Source: Chiloscyllium plagiosum (taxonomy: Eukaryota). From it: DNA of 64,000 nucleotides. Where the stretch lies: positions 73,203,612-73,267,611 of the forward strand of contig NC_057718.1 in the NCBI RefSeq assembly GCF_004010195.1, in the 5' to 3' direction. Within the stretch, counting starts at the first letter, position 1, and every line of letters begins with the position of its first letter. The notes under the pieces were generated by a model. The model searched no databases. It was not told where the DNA came from and worked only from the letters and a program-made list of their open reading frames with translations. The position numbers were made by a program, and so were the translations under genes. This document shows, one piece after another, positions 26,519 through 38,034 of the stretch.

Positions 26519-27299
26519 AGTAAGCCTAATAGTAGCTAGATTCAAGACTAAATTATTTGAGAGATTGTATGGACTATCATGTGGACACTCAGAGCGAGGA
26601 GCTAATTGTGTCTGAGCAATGTTCCGATCTTGAAGGGATTGTTAGATTTCTAGTCATTAGGCTTAATGCTATTTTGTTAATTATTCAATGAAAGTTTTGT
26701 CAGCTTTGCTCTATTGACATCCTCCAGTTTCTGGGCAGTATAAAGTTATGTAGGATTACACAAGGGCTGTACATGCAATCTTCAAACAGTATGCAAAGGG
26801 AATTCATCTATTATGGTGATGTAGAAGGCCTATAAACTCCTAAGATGACACTCTGAACTCACTTAGCTTCATGTTGTGCTTCCTTGAGGTTCTGTTTCTC
26901 CCAGAAAGCAGCAGTATTCCTGGCACAACTTTGTGTGATACTCAGTGACCTTCAAGATTGTTGATAGGAGAAACAAACAAATAGGAGTAATAACATATGA
27001 AAAGACCATAATAAAGGTATTCCAAAGTGCTATATTTGAGTAGAGTACTTGGTTCTATGTAACATTGAATCACTTGGGTGTATAGGTGTCAAAGTTCTTT
27101 AATCTTTTCCTACTGCTACGTCTGCATGCTACCTACACAACTGCAGTGTTTTTGAGCAAGTCTGCTAACTATTTGCTAGCTTGGCTCATGACTTTAGCAG
27201 GCTCAGACACAATTAGCTCCTCACTCTGAGTGTCCACATGATAGTCCACACAATCTCTCAAATAATTTAGTCTTGAATCTAGCTACTATTAGGCTTACT
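26519..27299. repeat. 99-bp inverted repeats around a 583-bp spacer
   Basis: 26519-26617 is the reverse complement of 27201-27299 with two visible mismatches. Confidence 0.9.
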
Positions 27300-27874
27300 T
27301 GTAGAAGAGAACATAAAGTGCCAAAGAAATAAGGATAGGCTAAGTGAGTGGGCAAAGATCTGGCAATTGGAGTACAATGTGGAAGAGAGAAACTATCCAT
27401 TTTACCAGAAAGAAAATTTTATCAAATGTTGTAGAGCTTAGAAATGTAGAGAGATCTAGCTATTCTAATGCATGAATCACAGAATGTTAGTATGTTGGTG
27501 ATGTTATATTTCATTGGGAGAAGAATTGAATGCAAGAGTAGTGAAGTTGTGCCACATCGACAGTATTATGTAGAGTGTTGCACACCATTCTTGGTGTTTT
27601 GGACTGGACCAAATCCTTTCAAAACATGTCAAGGAGATAGCCTAGACCCTAACTTTTTATTATTTTAAAGACAAGTACAAAGTGTTATGTTCCGGATACA
27701 ATTTGATTCTTTTGCTTCAAGCCTGAGTTTGACCATTTATACACTGTAGTTGAAATTGTAAGATATCATGCAATAAGTATCTTTAGAGTAGAGGAGAGGA
27801 ACTTTTTATTTGTCATTTCCACCATATACAGTAAAAAAGGATACGATTTGTGTTACGATTGAGCCCTCCACTAT

Positions 27875-27909
27875 CACCTGATGAAGGAGCGTCGCTCCGA
27901 AAGCTAGTG
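27875..27909 (+). ncRNA. Minimal type I hammerhead ribozyme motif (PLE family A)
   Basis: CAC-CUGAUGA-A-GGAGC-GUC-GCUCC-GAA-AGCU-A-GUG: full core, 5-bp helix II, palindromic AGCU helix III, CAC/GUG helix I. Confidence 0.75.
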
Positions 27910-27979
27910 TGCTTCCAATTAAATCTGTTGGACTATAACCTGGTGTTGTGTGATTTTTAACTTTGTGAAAAAGGAGACA

Positions 27980-29662
27980 GCATTCATCCAGGACTGAGGG
28001 TGCTACATGGACAAACTACACACTCATACACGGCATAAAGTGCAAAACATGCAAGTTACGGTGTAATAGACAAATTATACATAATAGACATTTTTCGAGC
28101 AGCAATTCAAAGTTGTGCAAAGAAATTCAGATGGGAAAGTGTCTGATTGTACTGTGTTATGGAGCTTGATGGCGTGGGAGAAGAAACTGTTGCACAGTCT
28201 GGCCATGAGAGACTGAATGCTCCAGTATCTTCTGCCAGATGGCAGGAGTAAGGATTATGTGGAGTCTTCCACAATGCTCTTAGCCTTTCAGTTGCAGTGT
28301 GTGGTGAAGAGAGACCCCAGTGATCTTCTCAGCTGTCCTCACTATCCGTTGTAGGGTCTTACGATCTGAGACAGTGCAATTCCCAAACCAGGCAGAGATG
28401 CAGCAGCTCAGGGTACTCTCAATGAACCTTCTGTAGAATGTGGTGAGGATGGGAGTTGGGAGGTGGGCTTTCCTCAGCCTGCACAGAAACTAGAGATGTT
28501 GCTGGGTTTTCTTGGCTATGCAGCTGGTGATGAGGGTGTGGGCACAATTCTTTGCCAGGTGTAAGCCAAGAAATTTGGTGCTTCTCACGATCTTCATAGG
28601 GGAGCTGTCAATGTCCAGTGGAGAGTGGTTGCTCCATACCCTCCTAAAGTCAACAACCATCTCTTTTATCTTGTCCACGTTCAGAGACAGGTTGTTGGCT
28701 CTGCACCAATCCGTTAGCCGCTGCACCTCCTCGCTGTATGCTGAATCGTCATTTGTGCTGATGAGACCCGCTACAGTTGTGTCATCAGCAAACTTGATGA
28801 TGTGATTCGACCTGTGCATCGCTGCACAGTCGTGTGTCAGCAGGGTAAACAGCAGTGGAATGAATACACAGCCCTGGGGTCCCTTGTGCTCATTGTGATG
28901 GTATTAGAGATGCTGTACCCAATGCAGATTGATTTGGAGATGCCGGTGTTGGATTGGGGTGTACAAAATTAAAAATCACACAACACCAGGTTATAGTCCA
29001 ACAGGTTTAATTGGAAGCACTAGCTTTCGCAGCGTCGCTCCTTCATCAGGTGATATTGGAGGTGGTAGAGCGATGCTCCGAAAGCTAGTGTGCTTCCAAT
29101 TAAACCTGTTGGACTATAACCTGGTGTTGTGTGATTTTTAACCCAATCCAGATTGACTGAGGTCTCCCAGTCAGGAAATCCAGGATCCAGTTGCAAAATG
29201 AGGTATTTAGACCCAGCAGATTCAGCTTTCCAATCAGGTGCTGAGGAACAATGGTGGTAAATGCAGAACTGAAGTCTACAAACAGTATTCTGATGTAGAT
29301 GTCCTTCTTCTCCAGGTGGGTGAGGGCCAGATGGAGGGTAGTGGAAATGGTATAATCGGTTGAGCGATTTGGTTAATATGCGAACTGCAGGGTGTCCAGT
29401 GAGGGAGACAACAGGGTCTTAATATGCCTCATCACGAGCCTATCGAAACACTTCATGATGATGGGTGTAAGTGCAACAAGGCAGTAGCCCTTGAGACAGG
29501 ATGCTGAAAACTTCTTCAGCATGGTGATGATGGTAGCGGACTTGAAGCACGCTGGAACTATGGTGCAGCTCAGGGAGGTGTTGAAGATGTCCATGAGAAC
29601 ATGCACCAGTACGTCAGAGCATCCTTTGAGCACTCTGCCAGGAATGTTATCTGGTCCAGCTC
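27980..29662 (-). mobile_element. Rex1/Babar-like LINE
   Basis: [60 protein letters not shown]. Confidence 0.85.
28933..29140. mobile_element. Palindromic PLE mini-element (family A) with 16-bp TSD
   Basis: TSD acccaat(g/c)cagattga at 28917-28932 and 29141-29156; hammerhead-like motif on the minus strand at 29018-29052. Confidence 0.9.
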
Positions 29663-30376
29663 GCTATATTCATTAATATTGCATTTTTGTAATGCATTTT
29701 ACTATTGCACAATAGATTAAATTTAAACATTATTTCCAAACCCATTACTTCTCACACCTTCAATCCTTATCAGACCTATTTACATTAAAAGCTACCTCTG
29801 AATGAATATTGAAGACTACTAACTTATTCAAAAACAACACCCTCTCAACACAGTGTCTCCACAACTTGCCTGAAACTATGGAAAGGTTATAATATTAAAC
29901 AAATCTCACAACCCAACCGTGGTAATCAGTTTAATATCCTTTATTCTTTTAGTAAGAACATGTGTAATTCCTAACTTATTTAGAGCATATAGGCCTCATA
30001 CTTTTACTAACATTTGCTAACTTAAAAGACAAAAGGACTAACACCTGTTAGTTATCTAAGCAGGCCAGACAGTCACTCTTAATCCCATCAGAAGTAACAG
30101 CCACTATTTAACATATGTTTAAACCATCTCTTGTTTCCCCAGGACAGAAGTCACCCAAACCCCATTGTACAATAAATAAGACAATGTAACACCATAGTGA
30201 TAAATTTTAATATATGTAAGAACTGTGTATAAAGAAGCTACTGTAACAACTGTATTTTGAGATTCCATCACTGCCTCGAACTGTGCTACTCAATTGTTCT
30301 AACATAGTAACATCCCATAAATACATCCTTGGCAAAAGCAAATTCAGATTAATAGATTTTCTCACATGCAATTCTA

Positions 30377-32290
30377 GCAGCAGGAAGGAAAGGAGGAAGG
30401 CTAGAGACCCTTTGAGAATGAGGGAGGTTATGAATTTAGTCAAAAGGGAAAAAGAAGCATATATAAAGTTTAGGAAGTGAAAATTGGACAGGACCCATGA
30501 GGAATATAAAGAAAGCAGGAAAGAACTGAAGTGGAAATTAGGAGAGCAAGAAGAGACCATGAAATGACCTTGGCAAGTAGGATTAAAGAGAATCCCGAGG
30601 CATTCTATACATGCATTAAAAACAAGAGGATAACTAGAGAAAAGGTAGGACTTTTCAAAGATAAAAGAGGGAACTGGTGCTGGGAGGCAGAGGTGTGGGT
30701 AAGATCCTAAATAAGTACTTTATGTTGGTATTCATCCAGAGAAGGATATGTAGGATAGTGAGATTAGTGTGGAGCATGTTATTATGCCAGGGCACTTTGA
30801 GATCAAGAAAGAAGTAGTGTTGGGTCTCTTGAAGAGCACTAAAGTGTAAAAGTCCCAAGGACCCGATAGTATCTACCCCAAGTTATTGAGAGAAGATTGG
30901 TGGGGTCTTGACCAAGATCGCTGTCTCCTTGCTAGCCACTGGAGAGGACCTGGAGGACTGGAAAATATCTAATGGTGTTCCTCTGTTCAAAAAGGGAAAT
31001 AGGGATGATCCAGGAAACTATAGACCGGTCAGTCTCACATTGTGATTGGGAAGCTACTGAAAAGAGTTCTTGGGGATAGGATTTATGTGCATTTGGAAGA
31101 GCATGATCTAATTAGGGACAGGCAGCATGGCTTTGTGTGGGTCCCATCATGTCTTAATAATTTGATTACATTTTCTGAGGAGGTGACAAAGGTGATTGAT
31201 GAGGGTGAAGCAGTGGACATTGTATCTTAGGAAGGCTTTCGACGAGGTCCGTCGACAAGGTAGGCTCATCCAGAAGATTAGGATGCATGGGATCCAAAGT
31301 GACCTGGCTGCTTGGATTAAGAACTGGCTTGCCCATAGGATAGTAGTGAAAGGGTGTTTTTTCTGGCTGGAGGTCAGTGTCTAGTGGTGTTCCCCAGGGA
31401 TCCATACTGGGTCCTCTGTTGTTTGTGAGAAATGACTTGTATGAAAATGTAGATGGGGAGGATTAGTTAGTTCGTAGATGATACAAAGATCGGTGGAGTT
31501 GTGAATAGTGTCAAAGAATGCAACAGGATATCCTTCAGTTGTTTAATCTGGGTAAGTGTGAGGTGCTGCACTTTAGGAGATCAAATGTTAAGAAAAAGTA
31601 TGCAGTTAATGGCAGGACTCTAAAGGACATTGATATACAGAGGGATCTTGGAGCTCAAGTCTATAAACCCCTGAAAGTGGCCATGCATGTAGATAGGGTG
31701 TTAAGGAAGGCATACAGCATACTTGCCTTTATTGACTGGGAAATTGAGTACAAGAGTCAGGATGTAATGTTGCAGCTTAATATAACGTTAGTTAGGTCCC
31801 ACTTAGAATATTGTGTTCAATTCTGGTTTCCACATTACAGGAAGGATGTGAGACTTCGAAAAGGATGCAGAAGAGGTTTGACAAGATGCTGCCTGGATTA
31901 GAGGGTATGACCTACAAGGAGACACATGAAAACCTTGGATTGTTCTCTCTGCACTGCTGGAGGCTGAGGGGAAACTTGATAGAAGTCTATAAAATTATGA
32001 GATGCATAGATTGGGTTAACGCTTAGAATCTTTTCCCCAGAGTTGAAATGTCTAATACTATGGGTCATACATTTAAGTTGAGAAGGGGAATGTTCAAAGG
32101 CGATGTGGAGAGGCAAGTTTTTGTGATAGGGATACATTTGATAGACTTTTAGATAAGCACATGAATATTAAGGAATGGAGGGATATGGACCCAGAGCAGG
32201 CAGAAGGGATTAATTTAATTTGACGTTATGTTCGTCACAATATCATGGGCCAAAGAGCCCATTCCTGTGCTTTACTGTTCAATGTTCTCA
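30377..32290 (+). mobile_element. CR1 LINE, probably inserted into an LTR
   Basis: RQHGFV, SCLNNL, RSHLEYCVQFW and a 3' UTR. LTR-like sequence lies on both sides (about 29904-30200 and 32290-32566). Confidence 0.88.
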
Positions 32291-33030
32291 CCCCAGCTTT
32301 TAACTGAAACAGGAACAGGAAAAAGCTTCCACATCCAGCTTCAAGTCTCCAGCAAATGCTACTCAAAGCTAAGCTAAAAATCCTGGTTCTGTGGGAGCTT
32401 AACCCTACCCATTCAGACTGCTTCTATTGTTCTGACGTTTTGAAAAACCCAAGGCCTAAAGCTTATTGTTGCAGTTATTGGCTTGAAGCAGACTGCTGGG
32501 CAGCTGTCTCAACTTCTCCAAACAATTAGGACAAAATACACCTCTTAAAGCTATAGTATCATTACATCTTCCACTTAAAAAACACCTGAACCACCAATAT
32601 ACAAAGAAAGTCATTCACCATTCACTACTACAGTCCATTTCAGTCCGTTTTTTGCCTCTGCCACTGAATACTTCCATCTTCCTTCAAAGTCATGACAATG
32701 TGTTGGCAATTTCATTCTCTTGTCCTGCCACGTTTATAATTTTCAAATCGAATGGCCACAATAATAAGCTTCATCTAAACAGTCTGGAATTTTTAATACT
32801 TAAATTTTTCCACGAAACTTTAAGAGGCTATGATCAGTATATACAAATGTTTCAGGCACATTGCTGTCAATGTAGATGTTGAAATGTTTTAATGCCAACA
32901 CAATGCTCAAGGTCTATTTCTGTTGATGACTATTCAATTTTCTGGAAAAATATCCTTCTCGCAAGATGACAGCACTGACACCCACATCTTTTGCATCAAT
33001 AGCCACCCTGAATGGCTTTGTGTAATTAGG

Positions 33031-33206
33031 GCTGAAAATGTGTTGCTGGAAAAGCGCAGCAGGTCAGGCAGCATCCAAGGAACAGGAGAATTGACGTTTC
33101 GGGCACAAGCCCTTCTCCTGTTCCTTGGATGCTGCCTGACCTGCTGCGCTTTTCCAGCAACACATTTTCAGCTCTGATCTCCAGCATCTGCAGCCCTCAC
33201 TTTCTC
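33031..33206. mobile_element. Palindromic PLE mini-element (family B2) with 15-bp TSD
   Basis: TSD ctttgtgtaattagg at 33016-33030 and 33207-33221. Confidence 0.9.
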
Positions 33207-34432
33207 CTTTGTGTAATTAGGTGTGATTAACAGTGGGGCAGTGGTTGATGGCTTTCAGATTGTCAAATTCCTTCTAACATTCCTTCATTCACTGAAATTT
33301 TGTGCACTTCAAGTCAGTGGAACAACTACACTACTAAAATTTGGCATGAGCTACTGATATTAAAAGAAGCCACTCAATCCCAGGATTTGTAGTATTTCCC
33401 TCGTCAATTGTCTAGGAGACTCCTCAATAACCTTTGTTTTCACATTCTGTGGGGCCATTTGTCCATATCCAATAACATGGCCCAGGAACGTGACTTGGGC
33501 TTTTGTGATTTCTTAGCCAAATTAATCACAAAGCTCACCTCCTGAAGTAGGTCAAACATTTTGATTGATGCTCCAGATGTTCCTTCCATGTGCCTAAAAA
33601 TCATCAGATCATTGATGTACATCACACAATTGGGTTATCCTGAAATGATTTTCTGGTTAATATTTGAAATAGCTTGTGAATTTTTCATACCAAATGGCAT
33701 GATTTTAAACTGGTACTGTTCATTTGTTGTCATAAAAGTTGACATTTCCTTCACTCTCAGATAAAAGGTATGTGCCACTATCCTCTGAATAAGTTAAACT
33801 TAGAAATACAAGTTAATGTCCAACCTTCTCAATACAGTCTTCCAAATATGGAATGAGATATGAATCAGATTTTGTAACTACATTAGCTTTTTGATGGTAC
33901 CCAGTGATTATGGGTGGATTATCTGGTTTTGGCACCATTAATATGGGTGAGCTCCATTTGCTGCAACTTGCGTCAATTATATTGTCTTTGAGAAGGCTTT
34001 TAATTTCTTTTTGAACTAAAGCGAACTTGAGGGTTAAGTCTACAAGGACATTGCTTAATTGGAACAGCATTTCCTATATCTAAATCATGCACAATCAAAT
34101 TAGTACTTCCCAGCTTATTCCCACATATCCCCATGTTCTTGTCATAATGTTTTCAGGTCTTTTCAAATTTCCTCTGTAGGGGAACCCAATAATTTATCAC
34201 AATCTGAGAATCTTCTCATTGTCCAATTTAATTTGAGGAATATATAATTCTGAATCATCTAAACTTTGTTCTTCACTATTTTAAGCAGTAATGTATTCTT
34301 CTTTTGCTTTTCTTCCTTATCAAAGTACCACTTAATCATATTCACATCATATCTGGCATTCTTATTAAATAGTTCATCTCACTCAATTTCCTTTCAATTT
34401 GATAAGGCCCACTAAACCTTGCCTTTAAAGGT

Positions 34433-34764
34433 TTAGATTAGATTACTTACAGATTAGATTAGATTACTTACAGTGTGGAAACAGGCCCTTCGGCCCAACA
34501 AGTCCACACCGACCCGCCGAAGCGCAACCCACCCATACCCCTACATTTACCCCTTTAACCTAACACTACGGGCAATTTAGCATGGCCAATTCACCTGACC
34601 CGCACATTTTTGGATTGTGGGAGGAAACTGGAGCACCCGGAGGAAACCCACGCCGGGGAGAACGTGCAAACTCCACACAGTCAGTCGCCTGAGTCGGGAA
34701 TTGAACCCGGGTCTCTGGCGCTGTGAGGCAGCAGTGCTAACCACTGTGCCACCGTGCCGCCCAC
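34433..34764 (-). mobile_element. Full-length young tRNA SINE (HE1-like)
   Basis: Minus strand: A box TGGCACAGTGG, B box GGTTCAATTCC, central core, CR1-like 3' end and (taatc)n tail. CpGs are retained. Confidence 0.93.
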
Positions 34765-36149
34765 TAATGGTGTTATAACCAGTGGTTCACCAACCACTGG
34801 TTATAACACTAACTAGCAAATTATCTCCACTAACAAATTGTGATATTTTGATTCCTTGTTTGTTTCCTGTGTCATTGCATGTGCTACTTTTAAATGCTGT
34901 CTAGCCAACTCACATTCTCTGTTTAATCCCTCCCTAAAATTTGATAGTCCATGTATGGTATCTAAATTCTGAATCACCAATTTCTCCTTAATTTGTGGTC
35001 CTGTCACTTCATGCCCCAAAACTAATTCAATGGACTGAATTTAGTTGATTCATTAAGTGCATCCCTAATCACAGGAAGTGCAAATGGAATTCTTTTATCC
35101 CAATCCTCTAGATAGACTTGACTATAAGCTCGCAACATGGTCTTTACAATTTGATGCCATCTTCCTAATTCTCCCTGCAATTCTGGATAGTATGCAGTGG
35201 ACCCTGAAGCCACGCATTTAATTGTTCTCTCTCCCTATTCCTCGAATCTCTATCACGTGGCACGGGTAACAAACCAGATTTTGTTCCTCAGCTATCCATA
35301 ACTTCCTTGGATGACTAATGTAAAATTTGATCCTTGATCTGATTGTATTTCTGTAGGTAGTTAAAAAAAATTGAATAACTCTTTGATAATTCTTTCAGCC
35401 ATGATACTGAGTAATGGAATGGCCTCTGGAAATCCAACAGACACATCCATTATGGTTAACAAGTACTGATTCCCAATTTTTGTTTTAGGGAGGGATTCTA
35501 TACAACAAATTAAGACTTTAATGAAAGACTCCTCAATTGTGGGAATTGGCTTAATGTGTGGCAAAATTCAACTGCATCCTTATGCAGTCCAGTCCAGTAA
35601 AAGTGTGTGTATTTTGGCTAGAATTTTCCTTACTCTCAAATGACTTTGTAATGCTAAATCATATGCCACCCGCAACACTTTCCTGTAGCCTACCAATCAT
35701 ACCACTTGAACTTCTGCCTATTTCTCAACCACCTGAATGTGATTGTCTCCGTTTCCTCATCAAGATGTAACATTCTGGGGATACACTTAGATTCTTCTTC
35801 ACTTTGGTACAGTTACTTTAGTTTTTCATCTGTTATAATTCAGCTAATTTCTCTGAACTAAAAATATTTACTTTGTCCTCCACCTGTTCTTATTTTTTCT
35901 TAACCATTTGATCAAACATGGTCTCTGATAATTAAGCCACAACTTCCTTAGTTTTATTCTTTGATTTCTCCTTCTGTTTCAACCATTGGCTTTGTGACTT
36001 TGTTACCACACAGCCAGGAAAGATCCGAGGATAAACGTCCTGTAAAACCTCATTTGCTGGATTTTCCACTGGCTTTTCAACAAGAGTAGGCATCCCTACC
36101 ACCCACGATCCAGCGATATCATTACCGTAGATGAATTCTATTTCCAGAA

Positions 36150-36650
36150 CCAAGAAGCTATGAACCTGCACTCCAAGGTCTCTTAGTTCAGCAACACTCC
36201 CTAGGACCTTACCATTAAGTGTATAAGTCCTGCTAAAATTTGCTTTTCCAAATTGCAGCCACTCGCATTTATCTGAATTAAACTTCATCTGCCACTTCTC
36301 AGCCCATTGGCCCATCTGATCAAGATCCTGTTGTAATCTGAGGTAATCTTCTTCACTGTCCACTACACCTCCAATTTTGGTGTCATCTGCAAACTTATTA
36401 ACTGTACCTCTTATGCTCGCATCCAAATCATTTATATAAATGGTGAAAAGTAGTGGAGCCAGCATCGATCCAGTGGCACTCCAGTCTGAAAAACAACCCT
36501 CCACCACCACCCTCTGTCTTCTACCCTTGAGCCAGTTCTGTATCCACATGGCTAGTTCTCCCTTTATTCCATGCGATCTAACCTTGCTAACCAGTCTCCC
36601 ATAGGAACCTTGTCGAATGCCTAATTGAAGTCCATATAGATCATATCTTG
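36150..36650 (-). mobile_element. CR1 RT fragment
   Basis: WIQNWLKGRRQRVVV, KFADDTKIGG. Confidence 0.9.
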
Positions 36651-36654
36651 TCAT

Positions 36655-37345
36655 AGAATAGAATCCGTACAGTGTGAAAACACACCATTTGGCCCTTCAA
36701 GTCCATACCAACTCTTCAAAGTATATCCCATCCCGACTCATCCCCCTATTCTATCTCTGTAACCTTGCGTTTCCCATGGCTAATCCATCCAACCTACACT
36801 TCTCTGGATAATGTAGCATGGCAAATCTACTGAACCTGCACATTTTGCACTGTGGGAGGAAACCACAGTGCCCAGAAGAAACTCACATAGACATGGGGAG
36901 AATGTGCAATAAGCTCACAAACAGTCACCTGAGTCTGGAATTGAACCCGGGTTCCTGGCACTGTGAGGCAGCACTGCTAACCACTGAGCTACCGTGCTAC
37001 CCTGTCATATTGCAGGGATGTTGAAATGTTGGAAAGTTTACTAGGATAATACCTGGAACAAGCAGATTGCCTTGTTACTCGATATTCACAGCAATATGCT
37101 TGATTCTTAACTGACTCTTAATTAGGGATGGGCTAGCCAGTGACTTCCTCATCCTTTGAATGAATAAAAAATACCCTTGCAGCATATGAGTGCAGCAAAT
37201 GATTTTAGGAAACTAGAGCACCTGGCAGAAACCCATGGAAGCACAGGGAAAACATGCAAACTTCCACAAAGTCACTCATGACTATAATTGAACCCGAATC
37301 CCTGGTTCTGTGAGGCTGCAGTGCCAAGCATTGAGCCACTGTGCA
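36655..37345 (-). mobile_element. Two degenerate tRNA SINEs
   Basis: Reverse SINE heads attgaacccg..ctgtgaggc at about 36940-37000 and 37285-37345. Confidence 0.8.
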
Positions 37346-37699
37346 ACCCCAAAGCACAGAGTAGGTGAGTACAATGATGGTTTTGGTTCATGTAGGGAAA
37401 AGCTAAGTGCATATGGGTCAGCATAAGAATCAAAATACCTTGTGAGGAAATGTCTTGCTTTTGATAGACGTCCCTCACTACCAGCCTGGTTGTTAATGGA
37501 ACCAATTCATTTAAAATGATGGTGGCAAGCCTGCACCTTGAAGTGTGGGTAGTGTTGTTATCCTCCGTTTAATAATTACTTTCAGGTTTGTACTTTAGTC
37601 ATTTCAAAAGTTGTTTTTAACAAATTTGATAATGTCTGAATGCAGATTTATCATAATCCTCTGGTCGTTTTCAGTGTCACAGTGACTGAAATCGTCTGG

Positions 37700-37927
37700 A
37701 GTTACTGGTAGCCTAAAATACCTTAATCTCTTAAAGTATGGTAATTTGAGAAATTGAGCAATTGTTAAATGGCTTATCCACCAAATTTGTTCTTGGGCAG
37801 GATTTGGCTGAGAGGTTAATTGCGTCAGTCGAGCTGATGTTTATCCTGTGCTTAATCCAATGCATCAGGTGCAGGTACATATAACAAGTCACCGTTGGTA
37901 TAAATACAGTAAGATCCAGCTGGACAG
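37700..37927 (+). promoter_or_regulatory. cga: cga proximal promoter
   Basis: TATAAATA at 37899-37906; CRE-like AATTGCGTCA 37818-37827; Pitx/bicoid-type TAATCC 37853-37858; E-box CAGGTG 37866-37871. Lies in a short non-repetitive island directly upstream of a strong donor site. Confidence 0.75.
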
Positions 37928-37998
37928 CAGCAAAGCTAAACAGAGCAGCAAACCATCATAACAGCTGCATCAGGTTGCCAACAACTTACAGAACAATG
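37928..37998 (+). other. cga: cga exon 1 (5' UTR, ends in ATG; start approximate)
   Basis: Begins about 25-30 nt after the TATA box and ends ACAATG|GTAAGT (consensus donor at 37999). Vertebrate CGA genes have a short, largely non-coding first exon. Confidence 0.75.
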
Positions 37999-38034
37999 GT
38001 AAGTTGCACATGATATTTCATTTTATGGTTTATT

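Larger units (their letters stand above)
32290..36145 (-). mobile_element. Gmr1-like Gypsy LTR retrotransposon relic (IN upstream of RT)
   Basis: Minus-strand order: FPGCVVTKSQ, then integrase (LPKTKIGNQYLLTIMD..FPEAIPL, SDQGSNF, STAYYPELQG), then RT (SKWSSPILMVPKPD, MPFGMKN, YINDL), then a purine tract and TGTAATG LTR start at about 32566. Confidence 0.85.

Noticed and set aside
34690..34764. tRNA gene
   Set aside because: The A and B boxes belong to a SINE head followed by SINE core and tail; no complete cloverleaf.
35932..36654. 240-aa ORF as a novel fusion gene
   Set aside because: Chance read-through from a CR1 RT fragment into the Gypsy pol relic; both parts are decayed.
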